Assembly: GCA_963836835.1 (NCBI GenBank)
Contig: CAWILE010000009.1
Span: forward strand, 133,536 to 197,535
Length of the DNA: 64,000 nt
Direction: 5' to 3'
Source of the DNA: an uncultured Acidobacteriaceae bacterium
GTDB lineage: Bacteria > Acidobacteriota > Terriglobia > Terriglobales > Acidobacteriaceae
A program made the position numbers and the translations under genes. Shown here piece by piece: positions 20,012 to 30,290 of the stretch. Numbering within the stretch: the first letter of the stretch is position 1; each line of letters starts with the position of its first letter. Under the pieces are notes generated by a model. It was not told the DNA's origin. It made no database searches and saw nothing but the letters and a program-made list of their open reading frames with translations.

Positions 20012-21157
20012 CTACTCGCTCAATGCACCCGCGCTCACCGACGTAGGCGCAAGCGGGGGAATCCCCCGCCCCATGCTCTCCCGCATCCGCCCCATCGTAT
20101 CCAGGTAAAACGCCAGATTGTGCAGCGTGTTCAGCACTGCGGCAAGCGGCTCCTGCGCCACCATCAGGTGCCGCAGATACGCCCGCGTGTAGCGCCGGCA
20201 CACGAGGCATCTGCAATTCGGATCCGGGGGCTGCTGGTCCTCGGCAAACTGGCGGGTCTTGATATTGAGCCGGCCCTCGGATGTAAACAGCAGCCCATGC
20301 CGTGCTGCGCGCGTCGGCAGCACGCAGTCCATCATGTCCACGCCCATCTTGGCGTACTCCACAATTTCGTCCGGATAGCCAACGCCCATCACGTAGCGTG
20401 GCTTGTCCTTGGGTAGCAGACGCAGTGTGGAGGCAATGATCTCCTGCGTCAGCTCGCGTGGCTCGCCCACGCTCAGCCCTCCGATGGCGTAGCCGGGGAA
20501 ATCCATCTCCACCAGGCGCTCCGCCGATTCACGTCGCAGCTCCGGATACATTCCTCCCTGCACAATGCCGAAGAGCGACTGCGTGCGGCCGCCAAAAGCT
20601 GCAAACCACGGTACCTCGTGCTTGTGCGCCTCGAAATAGTCTTTGCTTCGCCGCGCCCACTTGATCGTCAGATCGAGCGACTTCCGCGCACGGTCGCGAT
20701 CCGCCGGGTACTCCGTGCACTCATCAAAGACCATCAGGATGTCCCCGCCCAGCGCGATCTGGATCTCAATCGATCGCTCCGGCGAGAACATGTGCGACGA
20801 TCCATCGATATGCGAGCGAAACTCGACACCCTCGTCCGACACCTTCCTGAGCTCATTCAGGCTGAAGACCTGGAAGCCGCCGGAGTCCGTCAGCAGGCCA
20901 CGCGGCCAGCTCATAAAGCGATGCAGTCCGCCGAGCCGCCGCACCACCTCATGCCCCGGCCGCAGATACAGGTGATACGTGTTGCCGAGAACGATCTGCG
21001 CGCCCAGCGCTTCCAGCAGATGCTGGGGCACGGCCTTCACCGAGCCAGCCGTACCGACAGGCATGAACACCGGGGTTTGTACCTGGCGATGCGGAAGGTC
21101 CATCACGGCACGACGACCAGTGTCGGCTGTAGCAAGGATGTGGAACGGAAGGCTCAC
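20012..21157 (-). CDS. tgt: Queuine tRNA-ribosyltransferase
   Basis: TPVFMPVGT, NTYHL, TDSGGFQVFSL, GGLSVGE, DCVLPTR, Zn motif CRCLVC..H. Confidence 0.97.
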   Translation of the reverse strand: MSLPFHILATADTGRRAVMDLPHRQVQTPVFMPVGTAGSVKAVPQHLLEALGAQIVLGNTYHLYLRPGHEVVRRLGGLHRFMSWPRGLLTDSGGFQVFSLNELRKVSDEGVEFRSHIDGSSHMFSPERSIEIQIALGGDILMVFDECTEYPADRDRARKSLDLTIKWARRSKDYFEAHKHEVPWFAAFGGRTQSLFGIVQGGMYPELRRESAERLVEMDFPGYAIGGLSVGEPRELTQEIIASTLRLLPKDKPRYVMGVGYPDEIVEYAKMGVDMMDCVLPTRAARHGLLFTSEGRLNIKTRQFAEDQQPPDPNCRCLVCRRYTRAYLRHLMVAQEPLAAVLNTLHNLAFYLDTMGRMRESMGRGIPPLAPTSVSAGALSE

Positions 21158-21657
21158 ACGCTGATTCTAGCGACAGAACAATCATTCGGGGGTAAATCGG
21201 CTAGCAATTCCGACACCGTGCGGCCCAGCAGCGGATGCCGCCACTCCGGCGCAATCTCCGCAAGAGGCGCAAGCACAAAGCGCCGCTCGTGCATGGCCGG
21301 ATGCGGCAGCGTCAAAGCGGCATCATTCAGCACCATGGCCCCCCAAAAAAGCAGGTCCAGATCCAGCGTACGAGGTCCCTTCGGCGGCCCTGCCGCCCGA
21401 TCCCGCCCAAAGCTTCGCTCCACTGCGAGCAGCACATCCAGCAGCGCACCTGGCTGAAGCTCCGTCTCGAGCAGCACGGACGCATTGACAAATGCCGGCT
21501 GGTCCACAAACCCCACCGGCGTCGTCCGATACATGGCTGAGCGCGCCGTGACGCGCCCGTATTCCTCGAGCCGCTCGATGGCGGCCTTCAGCGTCTTCTC
21601 GGGTGCGCCGACAAGCGAGGGCAGATTCGCGCCGAGTCCGATGGCGACAATAGGCAC
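21154..21657 (-). CDS. folK: 2-amino-4-hydroxy-6-hydroxymethyldihydropteridine diphosphokinase
   Basis: IGLGANL, GPRTLDLDLL, LPHPAMHERRFVLAPL; GTGA overlap with tgt. Confidence 0.95.
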   Translation of the reverse strand: MPIVAIGLGANLPSLVGAPEKTLKAAIERLEEYGRVTARSAMYRTTPVGFVDQPAFVNASVLLETELQPGALLDVLLAVERSFGRDRAAGPPKGPRTLDLDLLFWGAMVLNDAALTLPHPAMHERRFVLAPLAEIAPEWRHPLLGRTVSELLADLPPNDCSVARISV

Positions 21658-21740
21658 ACGTTCATTATGCGGCGCATCAACCGGAATTGGGCTGACTTGC
21701 CGACTCGCCCACTCGCTGGCCATGCAATTAGCATCAGACG

Positions 21741-22430
21741 ATGCGCACGGCACTCTTCGGCGGCAGCTTTGATCCCCCGCACCTGGGGCACATCGGGATC
21801 GCGATGGCTGCGGCTGAGCGCCTGCATCTCGATCGCATCCTGATGGCCCCAGCCGGCCGCCAGCCGCTCAAGCGTGACCAGGCACAGTCCCCCTACGAAG
21901 ACCGCCTCGCCATGGTGGAGATCGCCTGCGCGCAACGGCCGCCGCTTGTCGCCAGCGACATCGATGCGCCACGCCAGGACGGTCGCTTCAACTACACCTA
22001 CGACACGCTCCTGCAACTCGGCCGTCGCTGCCCAGGTGATGAGCTCTTCTGCCTGATTGGCGCCGACTCGCTCCAGAGCCTTTGCCAATGGCACCGCGCC
22101 GTCGACGCCCTGATGCTGGCCCAATGGATCGTCGCCGCACGCCCCGGCTTCCCGCTGGATAATTTAGGAAGTTTCTTGCCCGATGACGTACGCGGTGGCA
22201 GACTGGAGCCGCGCGACGGCTGCCTTCGCGTGCCATTGACCGCCGCTACCGGCGGCCAGACGCTCTGGCTGCTGCCCGGTCTCGAGTATGAAATCTCTGC
22301 CACCGCACTGCGCGCCGCGCTCGCGGATCATTCTGCCGGCATCCCACAACGGGTGCTCGATCCCGCCGTCGCCGAATACGCGCGTTCGCATCGGCTCTAC
22401 ACATTCACAGGTGATCGCAGCTTACGATGA
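21741..22430 (+). CDS. nadD: Nicotinate-nucleotide adenylyltransferase
   Basis: FGGSFDPPHLGH, IGADS, ISATALR. Confidence 0.95.
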   Translation: MRTALFGGSFDPPHLGHIGIAMAAAERLHLDRILMAPAGRQPLKRDQAQSPYEDRLAMVEIACAQRPPLVASDIDAPRQDGRFNYTYDTLLQLGRRCPGDELFCLIGADSLQSLCQWHRAVDALMLAQWIVAARPGFPLDNLGSFLPDDVRGGRLEPRDGCLRVPLTAATGGQTLWLLPGLEYEISATALRAALADHSAGIPQRVLDPAVAEYARSHRLYTFTGDRSLR

Positions 22431-22447
22431 TCGCATTAGGAGAACAG

Positions 22448-23041
22448 ATGGCAGCAACCGTCCGGAAGCCCGCAAAGAAAAAAAAACCCGCCAAAGCCGT
22501 GCCGGCGAAGAAGTCCGCGACCAGGACGGCCGCCGGATCCGCCGCCAGCAGTGCAAAGAAAGCAGCAGCGAAGAAGTCCGTAACCTCGCGTGCCGCCGCG
22601 AACGCTGACATCACACGCCGCATGGTGGCCGCTGCTGCTGCAGCATGTGAAGACAAGAAAGGATTCGACACCCGCATCCTGGAGCTTGATGCCGTCGACT
22701 CCGGCTTCACCGACTTCTTCCTCATCACTAGCGGCGCCAACGAGCGTCAGACGCAGACCATCGCGGACGAAGTTGAGCTCCGTCTCAAGCGCGGGTTCAG
22801 CACCTATCCAAATTCCGTCGAAGGTAAGCGGCTTGGCGAATGGATCCTGCTCGATTACGTGGACTTCGTCGTCCACATCTTCCTGGCCGAGAAGCGTGCC
22901 TTCTACGATATCGAACGGCTGCGCAAATCCGCCCGGCACATCGATGCAGAAGAGCTGCAAAAAGCCTTGCAGAAGAAGACCGCGACCACCAGGAAACGCA
23001 TCGCCGGCAGGGCAGCCGCTGCCAGCCATGCCAGTCATTAG
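22448..23041 (+). CDS. rsfS: Ribosome silencing factor with Lys/Ala-rich extensions
   Basis: EDKKG, FTDFFLITSG, WILLDYVDFVVHIF, FYDIERL; AGGAG RBS. Confidence 0.93.
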   Translation: MAATVRKPAKKKKPAKAVPAKKSATRTAAGSAASSAKKAAAKKSVTSRAAANADITRRMVAAAAAACEDKKGFDTRILELDAVDSGFTDFFLITSGANERQTQTIADEVELRLKRGFSTYPNSVEGKRLGEWILLDYVDFVVHIFLAEKRAFYDIERLRKSARHIDAEELQKALQKKTATTRKRIAGRAAAASHASH

Positions 23042-23127
23042 CCGCTGCGCGTAGACAAGGGACCGAAAATCTGTAAGGCTTACCGGCATCAGCCGCAGCT
23101 CAAAACCTGGTCCGTGGGAGCTTTGCG

Positions 23128-23883
23128 ATGCCGGAAACTGCAAACGCCACTACTAACGCCCCCGATTCGCTTGCGCTCTCGCAGGTCGAACGCGTCGTCG
23201 ACACTTTCATCGAGCCTTCGAAAACCTTTGCGGATATCAAGCGGAACCGCTCGTGGTGGCTACCCTTCCTGATTCTTATTCTCCTTGGATACGTTTTTTC
23301 CTATTCCGCAGTGCAGCACGTCGGCTGGAATGCGCTCACCACCAACGTGCTGCGCAGCAATCCCCGCTATGCCGAACGGCTGGAGAAGGCCACACCCGCC
23401 CAGGAAGCGCAGATGCTCTCGGTTACCAAGGGCTTCATGGAAGGATTTATGGTGGGCGGCCCGGTGGTATGGCTGGTGCTCAGCGCGTTCTTTGCTCTGA
23501 TCCTCTGGGGCATCTTTTCATTTGTGCTCGGCGGCAATACAAATTACCCAGAGATGTTCGCCGTCTCTATCTATGCCGCCCTGCCGGCGGCGCTCGGTAC
23601 CATCGTTGCCATCGCGACTGTGTTCGCCAGTGATCCTCAGGGCTATAACATCAGCGTGCCCTCGCCCGCCACGTTGGCTTACTTTCTCGATGCAACTGCG
23701 TCCGGATGGCTCAAGTCCCTCGGTATGTCGCTCGATCTCTTTTCGCTCTGGTCACTCGCGCTCGCCGGCTTCGGCGGCGCCATCGTGGCCAAGGTTAAGC
23801 CGGCGCGTGGCATCGCTGTCGTCTTCGCCATCTGGATCGTGTATGTCGTCATCAAGGTGGGCATTGCGGCAGCTACGAGCTGA
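23128..23883 (+). CDS. YIP1-family membrane protein
   Basis: FIEPSKTFADI..WWLP N-terminus, about five TM segments. Confidence 0.75.
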   Translation: MPETANATTNAPDSLALSQVERVVDTFIEPSKTFADIKRNRSWWLPFLILILLGYVFSYSAVQHVGWNALTTNVLRSNPRYAERLEKATPAQEAQMLSVTKGFMEGFMVGGPVVWLVLSAFFALILWGIFSFVLGGNTNYPEMFAVSIYAALPAALGTIVAIATVFASDPQGYNISVPSPATLAYFLDATASGWLKSLGMSLDLFSLWSLALAGFGGAIVAKVKPARGIAVVFAIWIVYVVIKVGIAAATS

Positions 23884-23898
23884 TACCTGCTGTGCCCC

Positions 23899-23940
23899 AA
23901 AAGAAAGAGGCCGCCAAATCTCGGCGGCCTTCATCCTTTC
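23899..23940. terminator. Probable bidirectional terminator between convergent genes
   Basis: aggccgcc/ggcggcct stem flanked by A-rich and T-rich runs. Confidence 0.6.
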
Positions 23941-23949
23941 AGTTACTAC

Positions 23950-26041
23950 TCAGAAGATGAATTTTGCGGTGAGCTGCATCTGGCGTGCGTTATTCGGAAA
24001 TACCAGTTGCGGCTGGTTAAATTGCGAGCCCGAAGGATTCACGAAACTCAAAGCGCCCGTATCGCCAAACGAGTTGATCTGGCCCAGGTAGCCGGAGATG
24101 TATTGCGAATGATTGAACACGTTGGTCGCCTGCGCCTCGAACTCGAAGGCATAACGTTCCATAAAGTTGATGCGCTTGATCGCGGATGCGTCCCAGTTAT
24201 TGATCGGGCGGATCGGCAGCGTATTGCGGCCTGCGTTCGCATATACACCCTTTCCCCCCGCTATAGACTGCGCATCCGGATTCTGCGGGTAGTAGCCAAC
24301 CAGGTTTGCCGTGCACTCAGTGATCTGATCTCCGTTGTCATCCACGCCGCATAGCGGAATGCGGCTCGGATCATAAACGTTCACCAAGCTTGAGCCCGTG
24401 CCCTTAACGCCGCTGCGATTCAAAACCACACGATCCGGCGCAGAATCTCCATTCAGGTTTGCGTCTGCCGTGCTCTGCACATCGGCATATTCCGGCGTTT
24501 GATAGATGGAGACCGGCGCGACTTCCCAGTTGCCCAGCGCATTTTTCAGCAGCCAGTGGCTGTCGTTCCGGAAGTACGGAATGTCCCAGATGAACTCCAC
24601 CGAGATACGGTTCGTGTGATCGAGCGCGGAACGCGAATAATCCGCCGCGACATTCTGGAAGTCCTGCCATTGTCCGGTGCAAATGCAAATCCAACACGTG
24701 GCGCAAAATTTGTGTCCTGCGGCTGCGGCGCGTGGAACGTGATCAGTCCCGGAACACTCGCCGCGATGTTGAGCCGCTGCTCCCGCATTCCATACGGAAC
24801 CGACGTGAATTCATACCGCAGGCCATAGTTGAGCGAAAGATGCGGAGTCACGCGCCAGATGTCGTTCGCATATCCATAGAACGCCGTCTGGTCACCGTAG
24901 TAGAAGAAGTTTCCGGTGCTGTGCTCACCAAATGTCGTAGGGCTGACGTCGTGCAGATAGTCGCCGAGCGCCGCGTATTCATAGTCGCCGCGAACACGTC
25001 GCGTGAAGCTCTGCGGCGAAATCGACTTGCGCCCGTCGAAGCCGAATTTCAGCGTATGGTTTCCCTTCACCCAGGTGATATTGTCCACAAGCTGATTACA
25101 AATTTTGAATTGCCGACTGTGGCGCATTCGGATCAGGACCGACCTGGATAAATCCCAGATCGTCAAAGCTCAGATTTGGGAAGCTGTCCAGGCCCGGGAA
25201 GCTGAAGTTCCCGGCGGAATAGACGTCGAATAGCGGTTGCAGCCAAGACGAAATTCGTTCGTCATGTTGGCCGAAAATTCTTGAAACAGGTTGCCGCGAA
25301 GAGATGGTATCGGTTCGGGACCGGCAGCCAGAATGCCCCCAGGTTCGCTGACGTATCCGTAGTGGAGTCCTGCAGATACATGTAACGGAAGCGGAACTGA
25401 TTGTTCTGCGACGACGTGTCGTTGTCGTCGATGCCTTCCACCGTAAAGTTGTTGTTGCGCGGCCGCTGCCCGCCAACCGCCGGGCCAGTTCCCGCGCCAA
25501 TGCCGCCGCTGGTGGCGACCCCCGGGCTCAGCAGCGAAAGGTTCGGCGCTCCAAGGCCGATGGTGGCCATCGGCAGGTCCTGCGTTTCCTTCGTGGTGAA
25601 GGTCTGCTGCAGTTGAATTGTTGTCGTATCAATCGCGGTCTGCGCCTGCGCCGAAACTTCGACATTCGTCGCCGTCGAAGCCACGGGCGGACGGAGCGAG
25701 GCCGTCGCCGTCTGGTTCAGCGTAACCGTAAAGCCCTGCAGACTGAAGGTCTGGAAACCCGGCGCCGATCCCTTCAGCGTGTAATGGCCGGCGGGCAGGT
25801 TCGAGAGGTGGAACTCGCCGTTCTCATTGGCAGTCACGGTGATCGCGACCGCTGTCGCCTCAGTCGTCGCAGTCACTGTGTCATGTGGCACTGCCGCCCC
25901 GGTCGGATCCGACACCGTGCCCACGACGTCACCGCTTGTGCTTTGGGCAAAGATGGCGGCCGGGTGAAGGCAGGCAACAGATCCTTTGAGTAGAAGTGAA
26001 GCGGAAAGCAGAAAGTGGCGGGGGGAGCCCGACTTTGGCAT
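23950..26041 (-). pseudogene. Eroded Oar-like TonB-dependent receptor (two large internal deletions plus frameshifts)
   Basis: Four ORF pieces: carboxypeptidase-regulatory N-domain and GGQRPRNNNFTVEGID; VKGNHTLKFG, NYGLRYE, NFAPRVGFA; C-terminal NVFNH...RQMQLTAKFIF. About 2.1 kb versus 3.4-3.8 kb for the intact paralogs. Confidence 0.85.
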
Positions 26042-26120
26042 GACTGATCCTCCAGAAGCGCGTGATGCCGGAGGTCAGGTGCCGCTCTGCAACCGAACAC
26101 GTCCAGTTTTTCAGTGACGA

Positions 26121-26158
26121 AATAACAAAATATGAGGGGGAGGCTATAAGCCTCCCCC
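26121..26158 (-). terminator. Terminator after the intact TBDR
   Basis: gggggaggct/agcctccccc stem followed by a T-rich tract on the minus strand. Confidence 0.65.
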
Positions 26159-26181
26159 CGATCCTGCCTTCTGCACAGTTT

Positions 26182-29100
26182 TCAGAAGATGACCTTGATC
26201 GCTCCCTGCAACTGGCGGGCGCCGGTCGTGCCGTCATTCTGGCCTACCTGACTCGTCGACAACCCGAATGTCGGCGAGGTGAAGTTGAGGGACGATGGCG
26301 AATCAAAGTTCGGGTGGTTCAGGACGTTGTAGCTCTCCACACGCAGCACCAGCTTCAGGTCTTCGTGCAGTGTCTGGGTCTTCTGGACGACCGCATCCGT
26401 ATTGACGAAGCCCGGCCCATGGAACGCATTGCGCCGGATGGACAGATCCTGTCCGAACGGCGCATTTGCAAAGGCACTCGCTGACGGCCCCGTCACCACC
26501 CCTCCAGAAAGCTTCTCGCCGCGATTCGAAGGATATGGCTTGCCGACAAGCTGCGGCCGGTTGGTCAGGCCAGTGTGGAGATTGTCTCTGGTCCCGCGCA
26601 GCTCGAAAGGCAGCCCGGTCTGCGCCTGCTGAATGCCCGAGATTTGGATGCCTTCGAACACCCGTCCCAGGAACCCGCCCGCCAGATACCGCTGGCCATG
26701 CCCGATCGGCAGTGCATAGGTGCCTGCCGCTACAAAGCGCTGTCGAATATCCGTATCCGAATTGCCGTACTCATTCGCCAGGTTGAACGGATTGCGCGGA
26801 AACGCAGACCCACCTGCCCCGGGCACCAGCGGATCGCTTCCGTTGTCGAGAGCGTGCGCGAAGGTATAGCTACCGGTCAGTGAAAGACCTCCGACCTGCT
26901 CAGTGAGACGCGCCTGCAGGGCGTTGTAATTCCCATTGGCCGCGGCCGTTTGATAGAACTGATGGAAAAATGCCGTGTTATTCACCGCAGGCCCGAACGT
27001 ATTGCCGTTCGCGTCCTGGCCTCCGGTGTAGAGCGCTGTGCTCTGCAGCGCATCGGGCAGAATCCCTTGACTCAGGTATTGCTGCACCAGCGCCGGCTGC
27101 GGTGGCGCGCCATCAATCTGACGCAGCGCATGCACGCTGTGGCTCCCGACATAATTGAACTCCCCCGTCAGGCGATCGTTGAACTGGTGCTGTACACCGA
27201 GGTTCCAGGATTGCGTTCCCGGAATTTTCAGCTTTGGGTTGATCACCACCGGCTCCGAATAATCGCCGTCCACCACAAACCGCGAAGGCGTCAGCGTCCC
27301 CGGAGGTAGGGTATTTGAGACCAGCGGCGTCGCCGTAGAGCCGTCAAAGGGGAATACATTCGACGACGCCTGGAACGGCGGGTTTGATTTCGCGTTCCCG
27401 AAGATATTGTCGAAGATGCGGTCATGGAAGGTGCCGAAGCCGCCACGGATCGCGGTCCGTCCATCACCCTTCGGATCCCAAGCAAAGCCGATGCGCGGTT
27501 CAACGAGGTCCCAGCTATTGCTGTAAAGCTGATGCCCGGTGCCCGGCCCTACGAGAGTGAACGGGAAGCCGCCCGGCGGCGTCGCCGTCATGCCATCGCC
27601 GAAGAAGTTGGCAAAGTTACCGTCCCGTTCAAACGGCACGCCGTTGAACTCATACCGCAGCCCAAGGATCGCCGTAAATCGAGGTGTCACCTTCCAGGTG
27701 TCCTGCGCGAAGATGGCCCACTCGCGCTGCACGAATCGCGTCAGGTCGTTCGCCTGCCGCGTGCCCGCACGCGTGAAGAACTGGTTCTGCAAGGATTGGG
27801 CGATCGCCCCTGTCGCTCCCCAGACCATGTCTTCGAACGGCAGAGCATTCGCAGAGTTGATGTCCCCGTTGTAGACATAAGCCGGCGCGCCGTAGTCCGT
27901 GAAGTTCGTCAGGGCGAGGGCTTCGCGCGAGGAGAAGTTATCGTAGTTCGTATCCTTCACGTTGCGGAACTCGCCGCCGAACTTGATCGAGTGCGCGCTC
28001 TTCACCACCGTCATCGTGTCGCCGAACAGCATCGTCGAGCTGAACCGCGCCTGCCCGTTGCTATCGCCCAGAACTCCGCATCCGTATGTCAGGGGATTGG
28101 CGAACGTTCCAAAGTAAGGCAGCGTGATGTCGCGACCGTGGCCGAAGGAATCTAGACCCGTGATCGCGTCAATTCCCTGGTATCCGTCGCAGAAGAATCC
28201 CGCATCATTTTGGTTATAGCCGGCTCGCGCCAGGTTGGTGACATTCGAGCTCAGCGTGGAGGCGAGCGAAATGACTCCGTTATGGGCCGTTGCAATGTTG
28301 TTGTAGAAGCCCATTTGCGGCAGCACTTCGCTGTGGCCGGGATTTGAATCTGCGAGGTGCCCGTAGGTATAGCGCACCGTCAACTGGTGTTTCGGCGTTA
28401 TCGCATAGTCGAAACGCCCGGTCAGCGTGTAGTCATTCAGCGAATCGGGAGAAGGGAAGAAGAGCAGCGTGCTCACGCCGTCTCCGAGATCCTGCTGTCC
28501 CACAGGGGTGATCGCCAACAGCTTCGCCATTGTCGGATCGATCCCCAGGCCCGAGAGATTATTCGGATTGCCAGCCGGATTGTTCAGGTTCACCGGAGTC
28601 ACGCTCCCATCCGGCGATATATAGGTGAAAATGCCGCTCTTGAACGCCGCATTCGGAACAATCTGGTCTGCGGTACGCGTGGTGCGGAATCGCTGCACCT
28701 CTCCATTGAAGAAGAAGAACAGCCGGTCTTTTAGGATCGGGCCGCCCAGCGATGCGCCGAAGTCGTTGCGGACGTAAGGGTCCTGCGGGCCATTCGCCTT
28801 GGTGTTGAAGTAGTCGCGCGCGCCGAGCGCATTGTAGCGGCCGAACTCATAGGCGCTGCCGTGAAAGCTGTTCGTGCCGCCGCGGGTCACGACATCGATG
28901 ATGGCGCCTGTGTCGCGTCCGAATTCCGCGTCGAAATTGTTGGTGATGACGCGGAACTCCTGCGTGGAGTCTGGATTCGCGTTCACCAGACCACCGGGGA
29001 TGCCGGGAACCGAAGTGTCGTTATTGTCCGCGCCGTCCAGCAGGAAATTATTATTGCGATCTCGCTGGCCGTTTACCGAAAACCCGCCGTCATTATTGGT

Positions 29101-29601
29101 GGCATGCACCGCGCCGGGAGAGAGCAGGACGAGCTGATAGGGATCGCGCAACACCAGCGGCAGGTTGTTGATCTGCTTGGAGTCGATCACCGTCGAAAGC
29201 TGCGAGTTGTCGGTTTCGATCGGCGCCACCGCCACACCTGATACGTTCACCGTCGTGCTCGCCGCCCCGACCGCCAGGTTGAAGTTCACCGGCAGCGTGG
29301 CCGCGACGTTCAGTGTGACGTTGTTCTTCGTCACGCTCGTGAAGCCCGATGCGCTGGCCGAGACGTTATAGAGCGCCGGCGGCAGGTTGGCAAAGTTGTA
29401 GAGACCCGACGAGGTGGTCGTCACGGTCTGGCTGAGACCCGTTGCCTCCGATGTCGCCGTGACCGTCGCATTGGGAATCGCGGCGCCGCCCTGATCGAGC
29501 ACCTGACCGGTAATACTGCCGGTCTGCGCCCAGGCGGAGGGACCAAGGAGAAAAGCGGATACTGCCAGTAGCAACAGAAGCGCGGAACGAAAGCGAACCA
29601 T
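26182..29601 (-). CDS. Oar-like TonB-dependent receptor with carboxypeptidase-regulatory domain
   Basis: Signal peptide, GSITGQVLDQGGAAIPNATV, NGQRDRNNNFLLDG, LGLRYE, EPRIGFAW, ends RQLQGAIKVIF. Confidence 0.92.
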   Translation of the reverse strand: MVRFRSALLLLLAVSAFLLGPSAWAQTGSITGQVLDQGGAAIPNATVTATSEATGLSQTVTTTSSGLYNFANLPPALYNVSASASGFTSVTKNNVTLNVAATLPVNFNLAVGAASTTVNVSGVAVAPIETDNSQLSTVIDSKQINNLPLVLRDPYQLVLLSPGAVHATNNDGGFSVNGQRDRNNNFLLDGADNNDTSVPGIPGGLVNANPDSTQEFRVITNNFDAEFGRDTGAIIDVVTRGGTNSFHGSAYEFGRYNALGARDYFNTKANGPQDPYVRNDFGASLGGPILKDRLFFFFNGEVQRFRTTRTADQIVPNAAFKSGIFTYISPDGSVTPVNLNNPAGNPNNLSGLGIDPTMAKLLAITPVGQQDLGDGVSTLLFFPSPDSLNDYTLTGRFDYAITPKHQLTVRYTYGHLADSNPGHSEVLPQMGFYNNIATAHNGVISLASTLSSNVTNLARAGYNQNDAGFFCDGYQGIDAITGLDSFGHGRDITLPYFGTFANPLTYGCGVLGDSNGQARFSSTMLFGDTMTVVKSAHSIKFGGEFRNVKDTNYDNFSSREALALTNFTDYGAPAYVYNGDINSANALPFEDMVWGATGAIAQSLQNQFFTRAGTRQANDLTRFVQREWAIFAQDTWKVTPRFTAILGLRYEFNGVPFERDGNFANFFGDGMTATPPGGFPFTLVGPGTGHQLYSNSWDLVEPRIGFAWDPKGDGRTAIRGGFGTFHDRIFDNIFGNAKSNPPFQASSNVFPFDGSTATPLVSNTLPPGTLTPSRFVVDGDYSEPVVINPKLKIPGTQSWNLGVQHQFNDRLTGEFNYVGSHSVHALRQIDGAPPQPALVQQYLSQGILPDALQSTALYTGGQDANGNTFGPAVNNTAFFHQFYQTAAANGNYNALQARLTEQVGGLSLTGSYTFAHALDNGSDPLVPGAGGSAFPRNPFNLANEYGNSDTDIRQRFVAAGTYALPIGHGQRYLAGGFLGRVFEGIQISGIQQAQTGLPFELRGTRDNLHTGLTNRPQLVGKPYPSNRGEKLSGGVVTGPSASAFANAPFGQDLSIRRNAFHGPGFVNTDAVVQKTQTLHEDLKLVLRVESYNVLNHPNFDSPSSLNFTSPTFGLSTSQVGQNDGTTGARQLQGAIKVIF

Positions 29602-29831
29602 AACTGCCCCCACATATTTTCACTGCTCGATCGGTGATGCCGATCCTTATTGGCTGTAGGTGCACACCATTGGCCACAATGGCCGGTCGGAGATTTGAAA
29701 GTGTTGAGTTTCCTGAATTCAGTGACAGAAGACAGAAAGCAGGGACGAAAGAAAGTTGAATCGAACTTCATCTCCACCTTTTGGAATTCCTGGTATGAGA
29801 TCAAGTGGATTTACGCTCAATGGGATCACGC

Positions 29832-30275
29832 ATGCGAATTACTCTGTCCGCCGTCACATCCCGTCGCAGGACCCGGCTTCTGGAAGCGGCGCTTGCAGAG
29901 TTCACCTCGCGCCTCGGTCACTACGTCACACTCGACGAGCAGCAGTACGCCACCGAAACAGCCATGATGGCCGCGCTCGACAAACCCGGCCGTACTCCAG
30001 GCCGTCTCATCCTGCTCGATGCCCGCGGCAGCACCTTCTCTTCCGAGCAATTCGCCTCCTGGATCGGCCGCGAGCGCGATAGTGGCACACAGCACCTGCA
30101 TTTCGCGATCGGCCCCGCAGATGGCTGGTCAGAGAAGGTTCGCAAGCGGGCTGATCTGCTGCTCTCCTTCGGCCCGATGACATTTCCGCACGAGCTCGCC
30201 CGACTCATGCTCGCCGAGCAGCTCTATCGCGCATTTACAATCCTTGCGGGACATCCCTATCACGGCGGCCACTGA
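29832..30275 (+). CDS. rlmH: 23S rRNA pseudouridine-1915 methyltransferase
   Basis: LDARG..FSSEQFA, FAIGPADG, MTFPHELARLMLAEQLYRAFTILAGHPYH. Confidence 0.95.
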   Translation: MRITLSAVTSRRRTRLLEAALAEFTSRLGHYVTLDEQQYATETAMMAALDKPGRTPGRLILLDARGSTFSSEQFASWIGRERDSGTQHLHFAIGPADGWSEKVRKRADLLLSFGPMTFPHELARLMLAEQLYRAFTILAGHPYHGGH

Positions 30276-30290
30276 CCGCCGCTCACCCCC

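Noticed and set aside
29602-29831. Cobalamin riboswitch upstream of the TBDR (cobO is nearby)
   Set aside because: No B12-box or other conserved riboswitch elements recognisable by eye.
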